From assembly GCA_963695555.1 (NCBI GenBank), contig CAVOGR010000007.1:767080-831079 (forward strand): 64,000 bases of DNA, read 5' to 3'. The notes under the pieces are model-generated. The model was not told the origin of the DNA. It was given only the letters and a program-made list of their open reading frames with translations, and did not search any database. A program made the translations under genes and the position numbers. This document shows positions 11,157-18,642 of this stretch, piece after piece. Numbering within the stretch: the first letter of the stretch is position 1; the number at the start of each line of letters is the position of its first letter. Source of the DNA: an uncultured Gemmatimonadales bacterium (GTDB lineage Bacteria > Gemmatimonadota > Gemmatimonadetes > Gemmatimonadales > GWC2-71-9).

Positions 11157-11906
11157 TCAGGTCGTCATTTCACGAAGGAGTTGCAGGTACCGGTCACCGC
11201 CGAGTAATTGGCGCATGTCGGTCAGGACTTGGCCACCGTCGGGCAGACATGAGCCGACCTCAGCCGTGTCGGCCAGGAGGTGGAGGGCCGCACGGCGTCG
11301 GAACCCGCGGAGGTCGAACTCCGCCTGTTTCCGAGCGTCCTCCGCACTCAGCAGCCCATTGGGAGACGTACCATCAACTGGGTCGAGTTCGGTGATCCAA
11401 CCTTCCCCATAGGGATCGGCGCGCACCGCCCGCGGGTCTCCGGCCAGCACTTCGTTCCATCGCATGACACAACAGCCGAATGGAGCGCCGATTGGCAGCG
11501 TGCCCTGAGCAAGTTCGATCTCGAAGAGGAGATCGCCACCGTTCAAGCGGCGCGGGATGCCTCCGCAGTGGACTGCCGCGCAGTCGCCGATGAGATCGGA
11601 GACAAAGCCGTCGAGGCCTATTCTCAGGGTTGCCCCGTCGGTCGGACTGGCCTGGATCCAGAGGTGGCCGGTAGAGTATCGCCGATCCTCTGGGAACTGA
11701 GCGGCGTGTCGACTGGGAAGGGCGGTCAGGTGGTCGGACCGGGGAGCGAGTGGCGCGTTGCCTCCACGGAGGGCGGCATCGAGCGCGCAGCCATCGCAAT
11801 CGAACTCGCGGTCACAGAGCCGGTAGGCCACCAACCCCGCGCTCATCCACACGCAGGGCAGAGCGCCTGCCGGAAGGATCCGGTGCTGCTCTCGGCTCAT
11901 CACCAT
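11157..11906 (-). CDS. GcvH-like protein (non-lipoylatable) with N-terminal Cys cluster
   Basis: YSTGHLWIQ ... LLFEIELAQGTLP ... ADPYGEGWITELDP aligns to the GcvH fold with Gln at the lipoyl-Lys position. N-terminus has C-x12-C-x5-C-x2-C (CDREFDCDGC). ATG near 11906 with GGGAGAG RBS. The track start 11999 is a TTG overlapping the promoter. Confidence 0.7.
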   Translation of the reverse strand: MVMSREQHRILPAGALPCVWMSAGLVAYRLCDREFDCDGCALDAALRGGNAPLAPRSDHLTALPSRHAAQFPEDRRYSTGHLWIQASPTDGATLRIGLDGFVSDLIGDCAAVHCGGIPRRLNGGDLLFEIELAQGTLPIGAPFGCCVMRWNEVLAGDPRAVRADPYGEGWITELDPVDGTSPNGLLSAEDARKQAEFDLRGFRRRAALHLLADTAEVGSCLPDGGQVLTDMRQLLGGDRYLQLLREMTT

Positions 11907-11995
11907 TGGCCGCTCTCCCTTGCCGAATCGCGGCCGGGAGGCGACCCGACGTCGTTGCGAAGAAGACTCGCCTCCCAACCTCACACCACCGAATA

Positions 11996-12010
11996 GCAAG
12001 TCGGGAGCCA
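11996..12010 (-). promoter_or_regulatory. Candidate sigma-54 (-24/-12) promoter for the Cys-cluster GcvH-like gene
   Basis: Minus-strand CTGGCTCCCGACTTGCT gives TGGC-N7-TTGCT, a good match to TGGCACG-N4-TTGCW. Predicted transcript start about 11985, leader about 80 nt. Confidence 0.5.
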
Positions 12011-12083
12011 GCAGACGGGGGGGCCGAGAAGGCCGCAGATTGGGCCTAACCCCAGAGGCGATGCGACCGCGGCTTCCCGTGTC

Positions 12084-12098
12084 GTTGAATTCATCAAC
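12084..12098. promoter_or_regulatory. Second copy of GAATTC(G/A)TCAAC upstream element (GTTGAATTCATCAAC) followed by TTCATTGAA near-palindrome
   Basis: AT-rich island about 90 bp upstream of the second sigma-54 promoter candidate, in the divergent region between the GcvH-like gene and the histidine kinase. Confidence 0.45.
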
Positions 12099-12179
12099 GG
12101 TTCATTGAAAATTCCTACATCGCTCGATACCGTTCAGATGCCTGCATATCCGCGTCCATGACGGTACGCGGGAGCACTC

Positions 12180-13886
12180 ATGACCCCGACGCTCAGGGCG
12201 CGTCGATCGCTCGGGATACGCCTTCTCCTTCCGCTGGCCCTCACGGTCGGCGTCGTCTTCGCCGTTCATTCGCTGGTCAACTATCGCTCCACGCGGGCGG
12301 ACCTCGTGGGGTTCCTCCGGTCGGCGGCGGACAACGACAGCGACCTCATTCGTCGCGCTACCCATGACGGCATGCTGCTCAACCGGCTCGATGATGTCCA
12401 AGAGCTCGTCACTCGCTTGGCCGAGGGTCCCGGTGTGGCGGCAATTCGGGTCTACGACAAACACGGTGTGATCGTGCTTAGCGCCCATCGCGAGGAGATC
12501 GGCCGCTACATCGCGCTCGATTCAGAGACCTGTGTGAGCTGTCACCAGCAAGAGCATACCTCGGACGTGGGCGAACTCGAGCGCAGCGGGCTGGCGCGTA
12601 TGCCTGAAGGGGTCGAAGTGCTCCGCCACTTGTCGGTGATCCCCAATGAGCCGGCCTGTGCGACAGCCGGCTGTCACGATCCCCCGGGCCAGAAGCGGAT
12701 CCTGGGGGTCCTCGACGTGGAGATGTCGATGCTGCCGGTCGAGTCCACTCTTCGGGCGGCCCAGCAACGCATCATCGCCACGACCTTGGCGCTGATTCTC
12801 ATCATCGGCGTCGTCTCGGTGGTGTTCTTCAATCAAGTGATCCACCGACCGGTGGCGGCGCTGCACGAGGGCACACGGCGCATTGCGGCGGGCGACTTGG
12901 AAACCCGGATTTCCGTACGCGGCCAACATGAGCTATCCGAGCTGGCCCACGCCTTCAACCGCATGTCGGAGGATCTGAGTACGGCGCGGCAGGAGCTCAA
13001 GGGATGGTCGCAGAAACTCGAAGCCAAGGTCCAGGAGAAGACCAGTGAGCTCCAACGGGCTCAGCGCCAGGTACTGCACATGGAGAAGATGGCGTCGCTC
13101 GGCAAGCTCTCGGCCACGGTCGCCCACGAGCTCAACAATCCCATCAGCGGGATGCTCAACTACAGCCGCTTGGTGGAGCGCGGCCTCGAGGAGCAGCCGC
13201 TCGATCCGGACGCGCGCGAGGAACTCGGACGGTACCTCCATTTTCTCCAGAAGGAGTGCAGCCGGTGCGGCAAGATCGTCACCAACCTGTTGCTCTTCGC
13301 GCGGCGGACAGGAGCCGACATGGAGCCGATCGATCTCAACGAGATCGTGGAGCGGAGCCTGATGTTGGTGCAACACCATCTCAAGGTCAGCAACATCGAG
13401 CTCAGCACCCGGCCCCTCACGGGCAATGCCATGGTCGTCGCCGACGGCGGGCAGCTCCAGCAGGCCTTGGTGGCCCTGATGGTCAACGCGGTCGAGGCCA
13501 TGGGCGGGGCGAGGAGCGGCGGCGGCGACGTCTTGAGCGTGCGGCTGGACGCCTCTGACGGTGAGGTCACACTCGAGATCGCCGATACCGGCCCCGGTAT
13601 TTCGTCGGAGGTCCTGCCCCACATCTTCGAGCCGTTCTTCTCAACCAAGGATCAGGAGAGCGGTGTCGGCCTGGGCCTCGCGGTAGTCTACGGCATCGTC
13701 CAGCGCCACGGTGGAACCATCGATGTGGATTCCGAGCCGGGCATGGGAACCAAATTCACCCTGCGGTTACCGCGCCAGCGGCCACCGGAGGCAAGCGGCT
13801 TCTCTGCCGCCAACCCGGAATTCGAACTGCACCCGGCCGGTGGCGCAACGCGGCCCGAAGGAGACGACCCCCATGAGCACGCATGA
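12180..13886 (+). CDS. Sensor histidine kinase with periplasmic domain carrying CxxCH and Cx4CH motifs
   Basis: TM1 (LLLPLALTVGVVFAV), periplasmic region of about 165 aa containing CVSCH and CATAGCH, TM2, HAMP, and HisKA H-box (ATVAHELNNPISG) plus HATPase_c motifs. Confidence 0.9.
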   Translation: MTPTLRARRSLGIRLLLPLALTVGVVFAVHSLVNYRSTRADLVGFLRSAADNDSDLIRRATHDGMLLNRLDDVQELVTRLAEGPGVAAIRVYDKHGVIVLSAHREEIGRYIALDSETCVSCHQQEHTSDVGELERSGLARMPEGVEVLRHLSVIPNEPACATAGCHDPPGQKRILGVLDVEMSMLPVESTLRAAQQRIIATTLALILIIGVVSVVFFNQVIHRPVAALHEGTRRIAAGDLETRISVRGQHELSELAHAFNRMSEDLSTARQELKGWSQKLEAKVQEKTSELQRAQRQVLHMEKMASLGKLSATVAHELNNPISGMLNYSRLVERGLEEQPLDPDAREELGRYLHFLQKECSRCGKIVTNLLLFARRTGADMEPIDLNEIVERSLMLVQHHLKVSNIELSTRPLTGNAMVVADGGQLQQALVALMVNAVEAMGGARSGGGDVLSVRLDASDGEVTLEIADTGPGISSEVLPHIFEPFFSTKDQESGVGLGLAVVYGIVQRHGGTIDVDSEPGMGTKFTLRLPRQRPPEASGFSAANPEFELHPAGGATRPEGDDPHEHA

Positions 13887-15240
13887 GGCCAACATCCTGG
13901 TGGTGGACGACGAATTCGCCGTCCGGGACTCGCTTTACAATTGGTTCCGCAAAGACGGTTACCATGTCCACGCGGCCGAGAATGCCACCGAGGCGCTGCG
14001 CGCCCTCCAAGACCAGGCGTTCGACGTCATTCTGCTCGACATCAAGATGCCCGGCATGGACGGGATGGAGCTCCAGTCACGGATCCATACGATCGATCCG
14101 GAGATCGCCGTCATCATGATCACCGCGTTCGGATCGGTCGAGACCGCCGTACAGGCCCTCAAACAAGGCGCCTTCGACTACGTCACGAAACCGATCGACC
14201 CCGACGAGTTGAGTCACTTGGTCCACCGAGCACTCGAGCAGCGGCGACTCCAAAAGGAGAACGTGCAGCTGCGGGAGACCATCGACGAGATCGGGGCCGC
14301 CGACACGATCGTGGGCGAGAGTCCTGCCATCCTCAAGGTGCTCGAGTTGATCCGCCACGTCGCCAAGACCGAAGCGACGGTCCTCATTCGAGGTGAGAGC
14401 GGTACGGGGAAGGAATTGATCGCCCGGGCCATCCACGCGAACAGCGCCCGGCGCTATTTCCCGATCGTGCCGGTCAACTGCGGCGCCGTGCCTAACGAGC
14501 TGCTCGAGAGCGAGTTGTTCGGGCACGAGAAGGGAGCCTTTACCGGGGCGCAGCATCGGCGCAAAGGCCGTATCGAAATGGCGGACGGCGGGACGCTGTT
14601 CCTGGACGAGGTCGGAGCCATCAACCCGAAGATGCAGGTCGATCTCCTCCGGACGCTGGAGACCAAGGAATTCACCCGGCTCGGCGGCTCGAAATCCATC
14701 AAGGTGGACTTCCGGATCATTTGCGCCACCAACGAAGACTTGGAGGTGGCGGTCGAGGAGGGGCGGTTCCGCGAGGACTTTTACTATCGCATCAACGTCT
14801 TCACTATCGAGGCTCCGCCGCTTCGGAGCCGGCCCTCCGACATACCCCTATTGGCCGAGCACATCGTGAAACGGCTCGCGAGGCAGATGGACAAGCGAAT
14901 CACCGAGATCCACCCCGACGCGATGCAGCTCCTGATGGACTATGCGTGGCCCGGGAATGTGCGGGAACTCATTAACGCAATCGAGCGCGCCATGGTCGTG
15001 GGGACCCCGCCGACCATCCAACCAGAGGATCTCCCGGTCTGGGGAAGGCGATCGGTGAATGCATTCTCCGGCGAATCGCTCGCTGACGTGGAGAAGGATC
15101 ACATCGCGTCCGTGCTCGAGCACACGGGATGGAACATCACGCGTGCCGCAGAAATTCTCCGGGTCGATCGCGTGACCGTCTACAACAAGATCAAGAAATA
15201 CGACCTCCGGCAGCCGGCGACCCGGGGCGGTAAGAAATGA
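13873..15240 (+). CDS. Sigma-54-dependent response regulator (NtrC family: REC + AAA+ with GAFTGA + HTH)
   Basis: MSTHEANILVVDDEFAVRD receiver domain, GESGTGKE Walker [17 protein letters not shown]-terminal HTH. The ATG overlaps the end of the kinase gene by 14 nt. The track ORF from 13711 is an upstream extension. Confidence 0.9.
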   Translation: MSTHEANILVVDDEFAVRDSLYNWFRKDGYHVHAAENATEALRALQDQAFDVILLDIKMPGMDGMELQSRIHTIDPEIAVIMITAFGSVETAVQALKQGAFDYVTKPIDPDELSHLVHRALEQRRLQKENVQLRETIDEIGAADTIVGESPAILKVLELIRHVAKTEATVLIRGESGTGKELIARAIHANSARRYFPIVPVNCGAVPNELLESELFGHEKGAFTGAQHRRKGRIEMADGGTLFLDEVGAINPKMQVDLLRTLETKEFTRLGGSKSIKVDFRIICATNEDLEVAVEEGRFREDFYYRINVFTIEAPPLRSRPSDIPLLAEHIVKRLARQMDKRITEIHPDAMQLLMDYAWPGNVRELINAIERAMVVGTPPTIQPEDLPVWGRRSVNAFSGESLADVEKDHIASVLEHTGWNITRAAEILRVDRVTVYNKIKKYDLRQPATRGGKK

Positions 15241-15314
15241 CTGCGCGTTCCGTAGGAAGAGCGGGCCGGGCCGATCCCGGTGGCACCGCCGACATGGCTT
15301 CATAGGGCACCGCG

Positions 15315-15854
15315 GTGCCGGTGCTCCACGTCGTCCCGTTCTATTGCGGCACGGCCACCGACTTGATCGATGGGTTGGAGGCGCGTCTGGCGCGGGTGTT
15401 CGGCGTCCGGGTGGAGCACCATCCGCCGTCGTTCGAGCCGGAAGTGGCCTACGATGCCTCACGGGGCCAATACAACTCGCGGATCCTGCTTGCCCAGCTG
15501 CTCCGTCAGGTACCCGCCGACGACTCACGGATCCTCGGCGTGACCGCGCTGGATCTGTTCATCCCGGTGCTGACCTATGTCTTCGGCGAGGCCCAGGTGA
15601 ACGGCAAGGCGGCCGTCGTCTCATCACATCGACTCGACAATGCCCTATACGGCTTGCCCGCGTCCCAGGAGCTCCTATTCGAGCGGCTCTGCAAAGAAGC
15701 GATCCACGAGTTGGGCCACACTTTCAACCTGGTGCATTGCCACAATAGCGAGTGCGTGATGACGAGCTCGATGCAGATCGACGGCGTCGACCTCAAGTCC
15801 GACCGGTTCTGCGGTCGTTGCAAAGCCGCGCTGCGGCACAACGGGGTGTGCTGA
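15315..15854 (+). CDS. Archaemetzincin-like zinc metallopeptidase (peptidase M54)
   Basis: HELGHTFNLVHCHNSECVMTSS ... CGRC gives HExxHxxGxxH plus a Cys4 zinc site typical of AmzA. Confidence 0.75.
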   Translation: MPVLHVVPFYCGTATDLIDGLEARLARVFGVRVEHHPPSFEPEVAYDASRGQYNSRILLAQLLRQVPADDSRILGVTALDLFIPVLTYVFGEAQVNGKAAVVSSHRLDNALYGLPASQELLFERLCKEAIHELGHTFNLVHCHNSECVMTSSMQIDGVDLKSDRFCGRCKAALRHNGVC

Positions 15855-15857
15855 GCG

Positions 15858-17048
15858 TTACAATCGATAGCGCTCGAGCCACTGCAAGTCGTCTTCGTCG
15901 ATCCGCACCAGATACACCGATTGCTTCCCGAAGCCGACGACCTCGGTCTCGGGCGGCAGCTGGACCCGCCGCACCAACTTGCCGGATCCGTCGAACACAT
16001 CATAGACCGGCGTCGGATCATCCGCCGGCCGTGTTCGCAAGAGCCACAATTCGCCGCTTGGCGCCACCGCGACCGCTCCGGCCAGGAAGGGAGGCTTGTA
16101 TTCCGGCCATTCGCGCTCGTCGATCTCCGGGGGCGGTACGCGCACCAGGCGCGACCGACCGTTCTCCATCTCTCGACCCATACTACTGCCCATCCGCTTC
16201 TGCCAGGCGCGATAGTCGGCCTTGGAGACCTTGATCGGCTTGTACGCGAAGGCGGCACCGGCCGCACGCGTACCGTCGGGCGCGAGCCACTCCACCCTGA
16301 GGCCTCCGACTCGGGCAATCCCGATCCGCCCATCCAGGGTCACCCCCCATTCATCTTGCGTGGGCATCGGAGCCGGGCGAATGCGAAGCTCACGGCGGTT
16401 CTGATCGCCGCTGGCCTGGATGTTCATCGCCGGCGCCTTGACCAGACCCAGCGTATCGACCTTCCGCGACGTGCGGTTATATCGGATGATGGCAGACGAG
16501 TCGATGGATTCGGGCATGCCGCTGGGCCCGGCCCGCATGGGTCGACCAGCGAAGTAGATCCCTCCCTGATTATCGATGCCCCGCGGCGGGCTCAGAAAGC
16601 GTGCACCGGGACCGCCGCCGGTCTCCAGGGTGGGCATGAACGTGTCTCCCGGCTTGCCCTCGGGTGTGAGCACCAGGAACCGATTGTTGCCCATGTCGAA
16701 CACCAGGGTGGAGTCGTTGGGCAAGGCGTAGAGTCCCATCGGGGTGTCGTACTCGCCCGGCCCGGCCCCCTTCTGGCCCACTTGCGTGGCCGTTCCGCTC
16801 GCCAGGTTGATATGCTGGATGGTCTGGTCGATGCGATCGCCCACCAGCAGGGTGCCGTCGCTCAATTCGCGAAGACCGCTGAGGGCACTGAACGGCTCAT
16901 CATATGTCGCGTTCGGTTGGGCTAGTCTGACCGTGGGGGTGTTCTCTTGGGCGGTTGCGGCGGCTCCGAACGCCACGGTCACGAGCACGCTTGGGAACAC
17001 GCGAAGCCAGGACGTCCTACCGAGGGCACGAAATGATACCTGGGTCAT
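15858..17048 (-). CDS. Secreted hypothetical protein, probable beta-propeller fold
   Basis: N-terminal signal peptide and repeated blade-like segments. Paralogous to the ORF at 17563..18642. Confidence 0.6.
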   Translation of the reverse strand: MTQVSFRALGRTSWLRVFPSVLVTVAFGAAATAQENTPTVRLAQPNATYDEPFSALSGLRELSDGTLLVGDRIDQTIQHINLASGTATQVGQKGAGPGEYDTPMGLYALPNDSTLVFDMGNNRFLVLTPEGKPGDTFMPTLETGGGPGARFLSPPRGIDNQGGIYFAGRPMRAGPSGMPESIDSSAIIRYNRTSRKVDTLGLVKAPAMNIQASGDQNRRELRIRPAPMPTQDEWGVTLDGRIGIARVGGLRVEWLAPDGTRAAGAAFAYKPIKVSKADYRAWQKRMGSSMGREMENGRSRLVRVPPPEIDEREWPEYKPPFLAGAVAVAPSGELWLLRTRPADDPTPVYDVFDGSGKLVRRVQLPPETEVVGFGKQSVYLVRIDEDDLQWLERYRL

Positions 17049-17562
17049 ACGGAAGTCTCCTTGTCACCACTCCAATGCGTTGCACTGACGCGGAAGCCTA
17101 GAGGTGTTAAACCGAAGAAGGCAAGTGGACACCGTCGGGCGCCGGCGTGATACGACCGGTGCTCAACTCACGATGGGAGATGCAGCAGAGGGAGATTTGG
17201 TCGCGACTCAGACCCGACTTGGTTGCCAGTGAGGCCGGAGCCGGGAGCGACGGGAGTGCGAGCGCGTTCGAGCGACGGATCGCTCCAGATACACGGTGCC
17301 TTCACCGGGGCCAAGCACCCGACGCCCCACCGGATGACGAACCTTGCCGAGGCGTACACCCTTCGTGTCGTATACGACAACGCTCTGTGAGTCGTCAGAA
17401 GAAAGCTGAACCATGGGTAATCTCGACTGAGGTCCATGCAATCAGAGCCATCGCTGCCTAAGTCTTAGATGCGATCCATCGGCGAAAGGTTGCGTCCGAG
17501 CCACCGGACGCACCCAATCCCGACCCCAGCCCTCGGACCTCTCCGCGCTTAGATTTGTCGGC

Positions 17563-18642
17563 ATGCGATCCCTTGGACGTGTGACCACTCTTCTCGCCTT
17601 GGCCGCAACCACCGGCGCATGCGGCGAGGGTCAGCCCGATCTCCCGATCGCGGCCTTGGCACAGCCTCGCGACACCATCGAGGTGCCGTTCACCCTCGTT
17701 ACGGCCGCAACGTGGCTCGGCGGCGGGCGGTGGGCGGTCTTGGCCCCCAATGAGGACGTGGTTGCGCTGATCGACTTCACCGATGGATCGGTGGACACGC
17801 TCGGCGGCCGCCACCACCCGGCCTATCACAACCCCCTGAGTATTTTTGCCGCACACGACACGCTCTACGTCAGTGATTGGGGCCTTCGACGCGTTACGGC
17901 TTGGGATCGTACCGGCCGCCTGCTCGATTCGTTTCCGGCCTTCGCCGCCCTGCGTGGAGCCCTCCCGCAGGCGGCCGATGGTGCCGGCCGATTCTACAGC
18001 AAGCTCCCGCCTCGCGGGGGGGCCGGCGGCGGCGACTCGGCCGCCGTAGTGCGAACGGCGCCCGGCCAGCAGTCGGCCGATACCATTGCGACCTTGGCGC
18101 CGCTCGACATGGTCGAGGTCCAAAGCGAGCGCGGTGTGCGCCTCGAACGGCGCATCCTGAGTGGCGAGGACGTGTGGGGAGTCCGGAGCGACGGCGCGGT
18201 ATGGGTCGCGCGGGTCGGGCAAAATCGCGTGACCTGGTATGCGCCGGACGGGCAGCAGCGCGATGGGCCGCTCCTGCCGGATCGAGTCCTCCCGGTGACC
18301 CAAGTCGATCGCGATCAGTTCCTCGAAGGGTTCCCGCCGGCGCTGCGAAGCACCGCGCAGAAGCTTCCGTTCGCCGCGATCAAGCCCGCGTTTGTTGCTG
18401 GGAACACCACTGCCGACGGCGACGTTTGGCTGGAGCGGAGCCGCGCCCCGGCCGACACCATGCAGCAATACCAGGTCATCGATTCGGCGGGGCAGCTGGT
18501 GGCGGTGGTTCACATTCCCGGTTGGGGGCGCGTGCGCGCGTTGGCAACGGGCGCGGCTCTCGTGGCCGAGCCATTCGATGAGAGGGTACTCTTGTTGCAG
18601 TTCGAGTTGCCCGCGCCCCGACAGGAACGCGCCGCGAACTAG
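17563..18642 (+). CDS. Lipoprotein, paralog of 15858..17048 (probable beta-propeller)
   Basis: Signal peptide with lipobox (TGAC). Shares blocks with the divergent paralog. The minus-strand track ORF 17458..18513 is its mirror. Confidence 0.6.
   Translation: MRSLGRVTTLLALAATTGACGEGQPDLPIAALAQPRDTIEVPFTLVTAATWLGGGRWAVLAPNEDVVALIDFTDGSVDTLGGRHHPAYHNPLSIFAAHDTLYVSDWGLRRVTAWDRTGRLLDSFPAFAALRGALPQAADGAGRFYSKLPPRGGAGGGDSAAVVRTAPGQQSADTIATLAPLDMVEVQSERGVRLERRILSGEDVWGVRSDGAVWVARVGQNRVTWYAPDGQQRDGPLLPDRVLPVTQVDRDQFLEGFPPALRSTAQKLPFAAIKPAFVAGNTTADGDVWLERSRAPADTMQQYQVIDSAGQLVAVVHIPGWGRVRALATGAALVAEPFDERVLLLQFELPAPRQERAAN

Noticed and set aside
12531-12677. Interpreting the kinase CxxCH/Cx4CH motifs as definite heme sites
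   Set aside because: Kept as a finding, but not called definite. Two Cys/His clusters in a periplasmic domain could also coordinate zinc. Only biochemical heme detection or conservation analysis can decide.
12933-13622. 229-aa and 162-aa minus-strand ORFs inside the histidine kinase gene
   Set aside because: Antisense to a well-supported kinase (H-box, HATPase motifs). They are shadow ORFs.
17458-18513. 351-aa minus-strand ORF
   Set aside because: Antisense to the lipoprotein paralog 17563..18642, which has a lipobox and paralog support. The minus ORF is Arg/Gly-rich with no motifs.
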